Notes: a model not told the origin generated them from the sequence alone. Counted from the first letter of the stretch, positions 1 through 9,672 are shown. The stretch: DNA of 64,000 nt from Alphaproteobacteria bacterium (GCA_965249135.1 OZ252220.1:32001-96000); one strand, 5' to 3'. Numbers and translations are program-made.

Positions 1-542
1 CGCTCGGCTTCTGCCTGCTTCGCGATGGCGCGCACCATGCTTTCGTCGATGTCCACGTGCTTGATCTCGACATTCGCAACCTTGATGCCCCAACTGTCGG
101 TTTGAACGTCCAGGATTTCCTGAATATCCCGGTTCAGCTTGTCCCGCTCCGACAGCATCTCATCCAGATCGTGTTTGCCAAGCACCGAGCGCAACGTCGT
201 TTGGGCAAGCTGGCTGGTTGCGATCATGAAGCTTTCGACCTGGATCACGGCACGTTCCGGATCGACGACTCGAAAATAAAGGACCGCGTTTACCTTCACG
301 GAAACATTGTCCCGCGAGATCACGTCCTGGGTCGGCACGTCGAGGACGATCGTCCGCGTATCGACGCGTACGGTTTGCTGGATGAACGGGATGACGATGA
401 TCAGCCCAGGCCCCTTCACGCTGGTAAAACGCCCCAGCGTAAAGATGACGCCGCGCTCGTATTCCCGGTAAATCTTGATCGCCGAAGCGAGAAAGATGAC
501 AACAAAAAATAGAAGAACTGCGTAGATGATCATGTTCATCAT
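1..542 (-). CDS. SPFH/band 7 (slipin/stomatin-like) protein, runs off the left edge
   Basis: Manual translation from ATG 542 (GGAGGAG RBS upstream): [84 protein letters not shown]..; lies directly downstream of nfeD, its usual partner. Confidence 0.93.
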   Translation of the reverse strand, partial: MMNMIIYAVLLFFVVIFLASAIKIYREYERGVIFTLGRFTSVKGPGLIIVIPFIQQTVRVDTRTIVLDVPTQDVISRDNVSVKVNAVLYFRVVDPERAVIQVESFMIATSQLAQTTLRSVLGKHDLDEMLSERDKLNRDIQEILDVQTDSWGIKVANVEIKHVDIDESMVRAIAKQAEAE

Positions 543-558
543 TTAACTCCTCCCCGGA

Positions 559-1965
559 TTACGTCGAGGCAACGATTAAGGTAAGGCCCCGCCTTTCAAT
601 GACTTTCACGCTATCACCCGGCACGAAGCCGCGATCGGCCTCCGCCTGCCAGCTTTCCCCATGGACGAGGACCCGGCCGGTCCTGCCGGTCCAGTCGATC
701 ACCTCGCCCTCGATTCCAATCATCTCCTCCTTGCCGGTGACGACCGGGCGGCGATGGGCACGGACCGCCATGGCGAGCACGATGGCCAAAAGGCCGGCGC
801 TCACCGCCGTCGTGCCGATGATCACCGGCCAGGAAAGACCAAGGCCGGGCACATCCGTGTCGAACAGAAGCGTCGCCCCGATCAGGAAGGATGCCGTGCC
901 GCCCAGACCCAGAATGCCGAAGGATGGCACGAAGGCTTCGGCGACCATCAGGGCGATGCCAAGGAGAATGAGGGCTACCCCCGCATAGTCAACCGGAAGC
1001 ACGTGCATCGCATAGAGCCCGATGATGAGGCTGATAGCGCCGATCGTGCCCGGATAGATGGATCCGGGATTGATGAATTCGAAGATGATTCCGTACATGC
1101 CGATCAGCATCAGGATAAAGGCGACGTTCGGATTCGTAATCACGGCGAGAAGATTCGTCCGCCAGTCCGGCTCCAGGGTTTCCGTCGCGAGGCCGGCGCT
1201 GGCAAGCGTTCTTTCCCCGCCAGGCACGCTGACCGTCCGCCCATCCGCCTTGGCAAGCAGATCGCTTAAGTCCGTTGCCACGAAGTCGATGACCTTTGCC
1301 GCTTCCGCCTCGCTGGCAGCCAGGCTTACCGCCTCGCGCACCGCCTTTTCCGCCCATTCCACATTGCGGCCACGCAGTTCGGCGAGGCTTCGGATATAGG
1401 CGGCGGCGTCATTCAGGATCTTTGCCTCCATCGCATCCCGGCTTTCCTCCGCGGCTGCGGCGCGCGTCGTCTCCAGGGTGCTTTCCTTAAGTGGGACGAT
1501 GTTGGGCGGCGGCTTCTTCTCTTCTTCCCCTTCTTTTTCCTTCGGGAATGGCAGCGGCTGTCGGCCGCCGCCGATCCTGACCGGCGTCGCCGCGCCCAGA
1601 TTCGTACCCGGCGCCATGGCGGCGATGTGGCTGGCATAAAGAATGTAGGTGCCGGCACTTGCCGCGCGTGCACCGCCCGGGGCGACGAAGGTGGCAACCG
1701 GAACTACCGAGGTGAGGATCGCCTGAATGATCTCCCGCATGCTGGTGTCGAGACCGCCCGGCGTGTCCATCCGAAGGATGACAAGCGATGCGCCACGAAC
1801 CCGCGCGACGTCGAGGCTGCGGGTCACGTAATCGCTGATCGCAGGTCCGATCGGTCCCTTGATATCGAGGAGAAGGGCGATGCCCTGAGGCTCAGGCTTC
1901 GTCTCGGCCGGGAGCTGCGATGGGAGAAGAAGCGCAAGACCAAGGAGGCACCCGTAGAAGGTGAA
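559..1965 (-). pseudogene. nfeD: NfeD-family membrane serine protease (long form); main body separated from its start codon by an IS
   Basis: MDTPGG, ARAASAG, TM bundle and C-terminal OB fold (VLVHGESWQA). The frame stays open upstream of 1827 to the IS target site (FTFYGCLLGLALLL.. signal/TM segment); the first ~10 codons lie at 4483-4514. Confidence 0.85.
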
Positions 1966-1993
1966 TCGAAAGGGAATTATATACTTGACTCCC

Positions 1994-2560
1994 TTAAGCC
2001 AGAATTGGCTTGCCGTTCTTGATGATGATACCAGGCATTGAGTAGGCCGCGCACCCCTTCAAAATTGTCGCCGGTTTTTTGACCCCGAAGGTATGTGTTC
2101 GACCCCCTTGGCCCTCCTTGGCTTTGCTCCCTTCATATTTCCAATTATCGGAAACAAGGAACGGCACATCTACCCGCCACACAACGACCGAGAAGCCCGG
2201 TTTCATCGTTTGAGTAGGGTCAACGAGATAACGCCAAATTACATACCATCCGGCATGATTGTAGTGCGACTGCAAAGCCCACGGGCGCGTCGTACCCTTG
2301 GATTCCAAAGCGTGTTCCGGCGGCGGATTGAGTTTCCCATTTAGCGAAAGGTCGGGGAACCGCTGGGCGGCTATATCGGGATGTTTGTGCTTCTTATACG
2401 GACTGACGGCATGCAGCCCCTTGGTCCCCATAATACCGACGACCGCACTAAAGACATTCGCCTGCTCGAAATATATGTCGATGAGTTCGGCCGTCTCTTT
2501 CTCGACGTAATCAACGGCTTTCTCGATGTGATTTAGCTTGAGTCCGCTGGGTAATGGCAT
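1994..2560 (-). CDS. Putative PD-(D/E)xK nuclease / candidate Type II restriction endonuclease (IS passenger)
   Basis: Likely start MPLPSG at 2560; motif FPDL..(x15)..LESK; overlaps the MTase 3' end; stop codon abuts the TIR. Confidence 0.55.
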   Translation of the reverse strand: MPLPSGLKLNHIEKAVDYVEKETAELIDIYFEQANVFSAVVGIMGTKGLHAVSPYKKHKHPDIAAQRFPDLSLNGKLNPPPEHALESKGTTRPWALQSHYNHAGWYVIWRYLVDPTQTMKPGFSVVVWRVDVPFLVSDNWKYEGSKAKEGQGGRTHTFGVKKPATILKGCAAYSMPGIIIKNGKPILA

Positions 2561-3503
2561 CAGGCGGCGTGTATTTTGCGAGTGAAGGGATGGCCTTTTT
2601 GGCCATGGCAAAATATGCCGAATCCTTCTCGATTCCAATGCTGTAATAGCCAACGGCTGTCGCCGCTGCGATGGTAGCCCCCGATCCCATGAACGGGTCT
2701 AGGATCACGCCCTTTCCCAAGGGCAGCATTGCCCGGACAATTTGGCGCATAAAGGCTTGCGGCTTAAGGGAGGGATGCCGCGCTATTTCACGCTCGCCGT
2801 TGCGGGTTGGGGAAGACCGGATCACGTCTCCAAACGGCTCGTCGCTGGAAATGCGCCTTAGTCCGCCCGCGCCCCATTTTCTCAAGTTGTCCTGCACGCG
2901 TCCTTCTATGGGCTTTCTGAACAGTCCCCACGGCTCCCATGCGGAACGCGGCATTACCGATACATCGGAAAATTCGTTATGGGCGTTCTTTGGCCGGTCG
3001 CCGCCACGCAGCGTTTGGACCATGCGAATAATCTCGCCGCGCTTCTCGAAACCGGCTGCCAGCATCGGAGCATAGACAAATTGCGAAAGCAGAGGATGCG
3101 TTGCAATCACAACATGGCCGCCCGGCACCACGATTCGCATGGACCGCTTGGCAAAATTCTCAAAGAACGCACCGAGTGCCTCTTTGTCCGCATCGCCCAA
3201 CACTGTGAATCTTGGAAGCGGGCTGCGCTTGTACCCGTCCAAGGCTGGCGGATGCCGCCATACGCCGCCGCGACCGTTATGCAGTTTTTCCTTTTCCGCC
3301 GCCGAGTATTCCTTGAGCCCGTATGGAGGGTCGGTAACTATCGCATGGACGGATTTGCTTTTGCGTTTCGCCATCCAGGCAAACGCATCATCGTGAAAAA
3401 TCGTGTACCTACCTTGCTGCAAGGCAGTGGCGCGGTTTTTCGTGGGGCTGTAGGAAAGAATCGTGTCCGCGAAAGCATCAAGCTCGGTATGCCGCGATGT
3501 CAT
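2511..3503 (-). CDS. Site-specific DNA methyltransferase, N6-adenine/N4-cytosine, beta class (IS passenger)
   Basis: TDPPY catalytic motif N-terminal, HPSLKP, DPFMGSG SAM-binding motif C-terminal; ATGA overlap with the transposase. Confidence 0.92.
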   Translation of the reverse strand: MTSRHTELDAFADTILSYSPTKNRATALQQGRYTIFHDDAFAWMAKRKSKSVHAIVTDPPYGLKEYSAAEKEKLHNGRGGVWRHPPALDGYKRSPLPRFTVLGDADKEALGAFFENFAKRSMRIVVPGGHVVIATHPLLSQFVYAPMLAAGFEKRGEIIRMVQTLRGGDRPKNAHNEFSDVSVMPRSAWEPWGLFRKPIEGRVQDNLRKWGAGGLRRISSDEPFGDVIRSSPTRNGEREIARHPSLKPQAFMRQIVRAMLPLGKGVILDPFMGSGATIAAATAVGYYSIGIEKDSAYFAMAKKAIPSLAKYTPPDAITQRTQAKSHRESR

Positions 3504-4414
3504 GCGGTCAATTCCTTGTATGTGATTCTGGGACCGAAGGACGCAGATACCAACCTCGCGAGTCGTTCCAAAGTGTGATGCTTCACATTGCCGTCGTTAA
3601 GGCGGAATGTAAATTCATCCACATAGCGGTGCAGATGTTTTTCACTGGCGTGATGGTAAACACCGTTCAATCCGCGCTTCATTACCACCCACACGCTTTC
3701 TATGTCGTTGGTGTGAACGTTCCCTCGAACATATTCCCCGGCACTATGGCGGACTGTTTCGTGGTTGTAGAATTGACCAATGCCCCTGTAGCCGCCGTGA
3801 TCGTCAGTATGAAGCGTCGCGCCAACCGCCACGTGCTCATGAATAGTAGATTGAAGCGTGTCCGCATCCGTATCCTTGACCGGCTTGGCCTTGGTTCGCC
3901 CGCCGCGCTCGCGCATTCCAATAACCGGCATTTTCCCGACTGGGCCGCGTCCGGCACGGAGTTTCTTCTTGGAGTGCTTGTTGCGTTCCTTGCCGCCCAC
4001 GTAGGTTTCATCCACAGCCACGATTCCGCTTAGAACCGATGGATCATTGCCACATGCTTCGCGCAAGCGGCCAAGGATAAACCACGCTGTTTTTTGCGTG
4101 ACGCCGATCTCCTTGCCCAGTTGAAGGCTGGAGACGCCCTTGCGGGCCGTCATAAGGAGGCACATCGCCAAAAGCCACTTATCGAGCCCCACATGCGACC
4201 TCTCGAAAATCGTGCCTGTGCGGACTGTAAAATCCTTCTTGCAGGCATTGCAGCGATAGAAGCCCTTCGGTCGGGGCGTGAGGCGCTTTGCTTCTTCACA
4301 GTGAGGGCAGATCACGCCATCCGGCCAGCGGCGCGATTCAAAGTAGGTTTTTGCAGCGTCGGCGTTGGGGTACAATTTGGAAAGCTGATAAAGGCTGATG
4401 GTCGAACGAGACAT
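3500..4414 (-). CDS. IS1595-family transposase
   Basis: Zn ribbon CPHC..CNAC, FTVRTGTIFE, HTH (QKTAW), catalytic VDETY / TDD / TNDIES..KR, YVDEFTFR. Confidence 0.96.
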   Translation of the reverse strand: MSRSTISLYQLSKLYPNADAAKTYFESRRWPDGVICPHCEEAKRLTPRPKGFYRCNACKKDFTVRTGTIFERSHVGLDKWLLAMCLLMTARKGVSSLQLGKEIGVTQKTAWFILGRLREACGNDPSVLSGIVAVDETYVGGKERNKHSKKKLRAGRGPVGKMPVIGMRERGGRTKAKPVKDTDADTLQSTIHEHVAVGATLHTDDHGGYRGIGQFYNHETVRHSAGEYVRGNVHTNDIESVWVVMKRGLNGVYHHASEKHLHRYVDEFTFRLNDGNVKHHTLERLARLVSASFGPRITYKELTA

Positions 4415-4482
4415 GGAACAACTCCCTAAGTGATAGTAGATAACTACCCTTTTTTTGTGAGGGAGTCAAGTATATAGTTCCC

Positions 4483-4514
4483 AATCGAAACCACCGAAGA
4501 CCACAGAGATGCAT
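4483..4514 (-). pseudogene. nfeD: 5' fragment of nfeD (MHLCGLRWFR) left on the far side of the IS
   Basis: GGAGG RBS then ATG at 4514; removing the IS and one TSD gives in-frame MHLCGLRWFRFTFYGCLLG.. Confidence 0.75.
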
Positions 4515-4797
4515 GCCGGGAGAACCTCCATCCCCATCCTAGCAAATCGCCCCAAGGGCGGCTCGATGACCTCGCGCGCGTTGGGTCCGCGGCCACCGAG
4601 GCCGGTTGGTTCACCGGCGGCCTTCGATCCCTGGGAAGGGCTCGAATCGCCTGATTTTAAAGACTTTTCGGCAGAAGGACATGGCTTTCGAGGCCGCTTG
4701 CGTATGGTAAAGACCCGCCTCGCCGGTTGTTTCAAATCTGATAGAAATTATTGCGGATTTCAGGTAGGTTTTTGAACAGCTTAGGGAATTATCCCCC

Positions 4798-4839
4798 TCC
4801 TTCCACGGCAACCACGGGTCCTTCCACGGCAACCACGGG
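4798..4839. repeat. Exact 21-bp tandem duplication inside a GC stem-loop
   Basis: TCCTTCCACGGCAACCACGGG x2, flanked by CCCCTCC / GGAGGGG inverted arms. Confidence 0.9.
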
Positions 4840-4899
4840 AGGGGAGGTTCTTGTGCAGGGATGAATCCAGTTGGGCGGATGCCCAAAAGGGAGAACGTC

Positions 4900-5190
4900 A
4901 TGAAGACAATCCACGTCATGAAGACACTGAACATGAAGACACTGAACAAGGCGCTTTTCGCCTTTCTCCTCGTCGTGCCGTTCGTGCTGGCCGATGCCGC
5001 GCGGGCACAGGCAGTCGATCCGACGCTCGCGACAGGCGTCCCGGGATTGGTAGGTGGTGACATCCCGCAAATGCTAGGTGAAGGCACCATCGTAAAGGTA
5101 CCTTTTGGTCCCAGCTACGTTCAGATGCCGGACGGCAGCACGCTGCCGCTTCCGTATGCCGATGCGTTGGATCGAATAGAGCGGACGTAA
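4900..5190 (+). CDS. Small hypothetical exported protein, possibly truncated
   Basis: GGGAG RBS; repeated MKT starts (MKTIHVMKTLNMKTLNK); signal-peptide-like ALFAFLLVVPFVLADAARA. Confidence 0.5.
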   Translation: MKTIHVMKTLNMKTLNKALFAFLLVVPFVLADAARAQAVDPTLATGVPGLVGGDIPQMLGEGTIVKVPFGPSYVQMPDGSTLPLPYADALDRIERT

Positions 5191-5482
5191 TCGAATAGAG
5201 CGGACGTAGGAGAGACTCGAAACCGTATAGGCCAAGAAAGTAGAAGGTGGTCACTGCCATCGCGGACTGGATGATCATGGCCGTGAGATAAAGCTGGGCC
5301 TTGCCCTCCGTATTCCAGCCGAGATAGGCGAGATAGATGAACAAGCCGGTCAGAAAAACGGCAAGCCCATCCCCAATGGCAAATAGCCCCGCCGCAATAC
5401 GCGGCGAAAACGCCTTACTGCGCGGAAGTGCGAACGCGTTCATCGCTATGTCCGATCGGGAAAGATCGAGATTTTCCGCCAT
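5150..5482 (-). pseudogene. N-terminal membrane fragment resembling an undecaprenyl-phosphate sugar phosphotransferase (WcaJ/GumD-like)
   Basis: Two TM helices in the pattern AIGDGLAVFLTG..FYFLGLY; no catalytic domain follows; frame disturbed by a 19-bp duplication. Confidence 0.4.
5171..5208. repeat. Exact 19-bp tandem duplication
   Basis: ATCGAATAGAGCGGACGTA x2. Confidence 0.9.
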
Positions 5483-5689
5483 GAAGACCTCTGTGTCTGC
5501 CGCCGCTGGAGAAAGCCATTTTTCTTTATCCAACAAGGTCCTAGCTTACAGGAAAAGGCCGTCGCACGGTGGCGAAAAATGGGCCCGGGCCCGTCTTTAC
5601 CTTCACTCCCCCGAGGAGGGTTTGTGCTTCTGCCAATTTTCCACGCTAAGATTAACTATGTTGATGAAAGCTGCAACGAAGAAAAGCTC

Positions 5690-8371
5690 ATGCAAGCGGA
5701 ATGGAGTCTGTCACGTTTGCTAATGGGGATGACGGAAAGGAACGACCATCCGGCCATCCTCGTCCTGCGTGGCGACAGCATTGAAAGTCATTCCTATAGA
5801 GACATCGCCGTCGCCTCGCGGCGATTGGGTCGCGGCCTGGCGAAGACCGGCATTCGCCCGGACGATGCGGTCGGTATTTGGGCGCCCAACCTTCCGGAGT
5901 GGATCATCCTTCGCTTTGGGATCGGCCTGGCGCGCGGCCTCGCCGTCGCAATCGATGATCTGGCAACGGAAGCCGAAGCCCGGACAATCCTTTCCGACAG
6001 CGATTGCCGGTTGCTGTTCACGACGGAGGAACACCTTCCGGCGGTCCGCAGCTTTTTTGCGGAAGGCGAGGGGCCCGACGTCTTTCTCCTCTCGGATGAC
6101 AAGAGCTATGGGAAAGACTTTCTCCTCTCGGATGACAAGAGCTATGGGAAAGACTGGAGGGAGTTGCTTGCGGAAACAGATGTCGAATTACCGCCGACGG
6201 ATATCCATTCGCCTGCGATGCTGGTCTATACCTCCGGTACTACCGGAAATCCGAAGTCCTTTGCACTCACGGAGAAACACCTCGCCGTCAATGTAGAGGC
6301 ACTGACGGCCGAGGGTCTGGTTACGACTTCCGACCGGGCAGTGTTGCCACTGCCTTTGCACCACGTCTATCCCTTCGTCATTGGAATCCTGACGCCGTTC
6401 TCCTGTGGCGCGACGGTCATCTTCCCGGAAACGGTTTCCGGCCCCGACCTCGTTCGGGCCATTCGCTTAGGTCGCGCCAGCATCCTCGTCGGCGTGCCGC
6501 GCCTTTACGCCGCGATCGTTTCCGCACTGGAAAGCCGTGTCGCGGATCGGGGCCGGCTTGCGGCGGTGCTTTTCCACCTGCTCCTTCGTCTCTCGATCTG
6601 GGGACGCCGCCGGCTCGGCCTTCGGTTAGGCCGACTGTTTTTCCGGGGCGTGCACGCCCGCCTTGGCTCGAACCTGCACCTCCTGGCTTCCGGTGGCGCG
6701 CGGTTCGAGGCGAGCCTCGTTTGGAAGCTGGAAGGTCTTGGCTGGGAGGTCTTGAGTGGCTATGGCCTTGCCGAGACCGGCTCGATCTTTACGGCCAACC
6801 TCCGGGGCCGCCAGCGGCTGGGCAGCGAGGGGTTGCCGCTGCCGGGTGGCGAACTTCGCATCGTGGACCCGGATGAAGACGGTGTCGGCGAAATTCAGCT
6901 AAAAGGCCCGAGCGTCTTTGCCGGCTATCGAAACAACCCCGAGGCCAACCAGACCGCCTTTACCGAGGATAAGTGGTTCCGAACCGGCGATCTCGGTTAC
7001 CGGGACGAGGATGGCTATCTCTATGTGACCGGTCGTGCCAAGGAGATGATCGTGCTTGGCGGGGCCAGGAATGTCTTTCCGGAGGGGGTCGAGCAGGTCT
7101 ATGGACAAAGCCCTTATATTGCCGAAATCGCCGTGCTGGAGCGAGCCGGCAAGCTGGTGGCGCTTGTCCGACCGGATTTCGATGCGATCCAGAAAAGCAT
7201 CAGCGCACGCGTCGAAGACGTGCTGCGTATAACCCTTTCCGAACTTTCCCAACGGCTTCCCTCCTTTCAACGCATCGCCGGCTACGCCATCGTTCGCGAG
7301 ACGTTGCCGTGCACCCGTCTTGGCAAATACAAGCGCTATCAGCTGCCGGAGATTTACGAGAACGCGCTTGCCGGCCGCAGGGCCGTAGGGCCGGCAAGGC
7401 TCACGGACGAGGACGAGGCGCTCTTGGCGAATTCGCCCGTTAGGGAAGTCTGGGAATGGCTCCACCAGCGCTTCCCGGGAAAAGAGATCGCGCTTGAGAC
7501 CAGTCCCCAACTCGACCTGGAAATCGATTCCCTCGACTGGGTGAATCTCTCCCTTGAACTTGAGAGCAGGTTTGCCATCAAGCTCGCCGAGGCGGACTTG
7601 GCGGGGGTCCAGTCGATCCGGGAATTTCTCGAACTCACGAGAAGTGCGGAACCGGCACCCGCCCACCCGCCGGGGGAAGCCTTGGCAGCCGAACTCACCC
7701 CCGACCAAGCGGCCTGGCTTGCCCCCACCGGCATGGCGGCGACCTTTCTCGGGATTTGTCTCTACGGCCTTAACCGGCTTCTCGTGCGCCTTTTCTTCCG
7801 CCTTAAGGTCGAAGGCCTCGAGAACCTGCCAAGGGAAGGGGCCTATGTCGTCGCCGCGAATCACGCAAGCGACCTCGATCCGCTCGTGATTGCGGCGGCC
7901 TTTCCGTTACGGGCCATGCGACGCATTTACTGGGGAGGCGAGGTGAGCCGGCTCTTTACCTCCGGGCTCAAGGCGCGGCTTGCGCGGGCGATCCACATCT
8001 TTCCGGTGGATGAACGGGCCCCAGGGACGGTGCTCGCCATGGCCTCAAACGTGCTGGCTGCGGGCAACGCGCTTGTCTGGTTCCCCGAATCCTGGCGCTC
8101 GCCGACCGGCGAGCTGCAGCGTTTTCTTCCCGGCATAGGCAGGCTGCTCGAGCAATCCGCCGTGCCCGTATTGCCGGCCTATATTCAGGGTACGTTCAAA
8201 GCCATGTCCCGCGACCGACGGCTGCCTCGGCCGTACCCCGTGCGCGTCATCCTGGGCAAGCCGTTGGATCCCGCCGGCCTCTTGGAAGCGGGCAAGGGGG
8301 ATACGGCCTACGCTCGGATCGCAAGCGCGTTGAAGGAAAAGGTGGCCGAGCTGCGTCCGGAGACCGGCTAG
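5690..8371 (+). CDS. AMP-dependent long-chain acyl ligase + ACP + PlsC-type acyltransferase fusion
   Basis: YTSGTTGNPK, GYGLAET, FRTGDLG; DSL phosphopantetheine site; NHASDLD (HX4D) and FPE motifs. Confidence 0.9.
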   Translation: MQAEWSLSRLLMGMTERNDHPAILVLRGDSIESHSYRDIAVASRRLGRGLAKTGIRPDDAVGIWAPNLPEWIILRFGIGLARGLAVAIDDLATEAEARTILSDSDCRLLFTTEEHLPAVRSFFAEGEGPDVFLLSDDKSYGKDFLLSDDKSYGKDWRELLAETDVELPPTDIHSPAMLVYTSGTTGNPKSFALTEKHLAVNVEALTAEGLVTTSDRAVLPLPLHHVYPFVIGILTPFSCGATVIFPETVSGPDLVRAIRLGRASILVGVPRLYAAIVSALESRVADRGRLAAVLFHLLLRLSIWGRRRLGLRLGRLFFRGVHARLGSNLHLLASGGARFEASLVWKLEGLGWEVLSGYGLAETGSIFTANLRGRQRLGSEGLPLPGGELRIVDPDEDGVGEIQLKGPSVFAGYRNNPEANQTAFTEDKWFRTGDLGYRDEDGYLYVTGRAKEMIVLGGARNVFPEGVEQVYGQSPYIAEIAVLERAGKLVALVRPDFDAIQKSISARVEDVLRITLSELSQRLPSFQRIAGYAIVRETLPCTRLGKYKRYQLPEIYENALAGRRAVGPARLTDEDEALLANSPVREVWEWLHQRFPGKEIALETSPQLDLEIDSLDWVNLSLELESRFAIKLAEADLAGVQSIREFLELTRSAEPAPAHPPGEALAAELTPDQAAWLAPTGMAATFLGICLYGLNRLLVRLFFRLKVEGLENLPREGAYVVAANHASDLDPLVIAAAFPLRAMRRIYWGGEVSRLFTSGLKARLARAIHIFPVDERAPGTVLAMASNVLAAGNALVWFPESWRSPTGELQRFLPGIGRLLEQSAVPVLPAYIQGTFKAMSRDRRLPRPYPVRVILGKPLDPAGLLEAGKGDTAYARIASALKEKVAELRPETG
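6082..6153 (+). repeat. Exact in-frame 36-bp tandem duplication (FLLSDDKSYGKD x2)
   Basis: CTTTCTCCTCTCGGATGACAAGAGCTATGGGAAAGA x2. Confidence 0.92.
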
Positions 8372-8397
8372 GCTTCCGGCCCTTCAGGCCAAGCGGC

Positions 8398-9672
8398 CTA
8401 TGCAGCGTCCGGTTCCCGAACCAGGAGCATCAGCAGAAGGCCGATCACGAAGAAGGGCACAATCGTCGCCATGCCGGCGCGCTGACTTTCCGTAATCACG
8501 ACGACGAAACTAAACAGTGCCGGCCCGATGAAGGCGGTCGCCTTCCCGGTGAGCGAGTAAAGGCCGAACATCTGCGAATGCATACCTTCCGGTGCCAGTC
8601 GGGCCATCAGGGACCGGCTTGCCGATTGGACCGGGCCGAAGAATATGCCTAACACGAGCCCAAGTCCCCAGAACCAGGTTTTTGATTCCGTAAAGAGAAT
8701 AGCGACGGATGTGAATATCAACGCGACCAATGCAATGGCAATCACTCGGCGCGCCCCGATCCAATCGTCGAGCCAGGCGAAGGCGGCTGCCCCGATACCG
8801 GCCGTTACGTTCAGTGCGATCCCGAATTCCAGCACTTCGATGATGTCCATCTGAAAAGTCCCGGCCGCATAAATCCCACCGAACAGGAAGAGGGTATTGA
8901 TTCCGTCGATGTAGATCATATGGGCAAGCAGATACCAGGCGACCGACGGATAGCGCCGCACGGTGCGCAGCGTGCCCAGCACCTCGGCAAAGCCTTCACG
9001 CAGAACCTTGGCCTTCGACAGGCCGGTTCTCGGCTCGTCCGGCGTAAAGAAAAAGAGAGGCAGCGCAAAGACGGCAAACCAGATCGCCGCAAGCGGCGCG
9101 ACGGCCCGGACGTGTTCGGCGGCCTCCTTGTCGAGGCCGAAAGGCGGGGTTTCCGGCTGAACGATCCAGACGAGCGCGATCGCAAGGCAAACCAGACCGC
9201 CCGCGTAGCCGGCTCCCCAGCCCCAGCCGGAAACGCGTCCGAACAGATGGCGCGGTACGAACGCCGGCAGCATCGAATTGTAGAAAACGATCGCAAGCTC
9301 GAAACCGAGATTGGTGACGGCAAGCAGAACGAGGGCAAAGAGAACGTCATCGACGGATGGGCGCACGAACCACATGCACGCGACCGCCAGGATCGCAATC
9401 AGGCTGAACATGCCAAGCCATGGCTTTCGCTGGCCGGCCTTGTCGGAGAAGGCCCCGAGGATCGGGCTCAGCACCGCGATCAGAAGGGCGGAAATGGTGA
9501 GCGTCAGCCCCCATTGGGCGGTCCCCGTTACCGGATCGGCAGCGACGGCCTGGGTGAAATAAGGCGCGAAGACGAAGGTAAGAATGATCGCCGGGATGGC
9601 TGAGTTGGCCCAGTCATAGAAGCACCACGCCGTCACCGACGCCCGAAGCTTGCTGGATTCAGGCCCTCCCAA
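8398..9672 (-). CDS. MFS transporter (UMF1/Atg22-like)
   Basis: WCFYDWANS, ~12 TM segments, GPVQSASRS. Confidence 0.88.
   Translation of the reverse strand: MGGPESSKLRASVTAWCFYDWANSAIPAIILTFVFAPYFTQAVAADPVTGTAQWGLTLTISALLIAVLSPILGAFSDKAGQRKPWLGMFSLIAILAVACMWFVRPSVDDVLFALVLLAVTNLGFELAIVFYNSMLPAFVPRHLFGRVSGWGWGAGYAGGLVCLAIALVWIVQPETPPFGLDKEAAEHVRAVAPLAAIWFAVFALPLFFFTPDEPRTGLSKAKVLREGFAEVLGTLRTVRRYPSVAWYLLAHMIYIDGINTLFLFGGIYAAGTFQMDIIEVLEFGIALNVTAGIGAAAFAWLDDWIGARRVIAIALVALIFTSVAILFTESKTWFWGLGLVLGIFFGPVQSASRSLMARLAPEGMHSQMFGLYSLTGKATAFIGPALFSFVVVITESQRAGMATIVPFFVIGLLLMLLVREPDAA

Larger units (their letters stand above)
1972..4482 (-). mobile_element. IS1595-family (ISNwi1-like) transporter IS with two passenger genes
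   Basis: 23-bp TIRs GGGAATTATATACTTGACTCCCT (1972-1994) and AGGGAGTCAAGTATATAGTTCCC (4460-4482), 1 mismatch; 8-bp TSD AATCGAAA at 1964-1971 and 4483-4490; contains a DDE transposase. Confidence 0.95.

Noticed and set aside
57-512. 151-aa + strand ORF
   Set aside because: Antisense shadow of the SPFH gene, which the ORF track missed because it runs off the window
4783-4792. AGGGAATTAT, identical to the start of the IS left end
   Set aside because: Only ~10 bp match, with no partner end or TSD found; could be chance
4798-5208. Short repeats considered as a possible CRISPR or mini-array
   Set aside because: The units are adjacent doublings with no spacers, are unrelated to each other, and no cas genes are present
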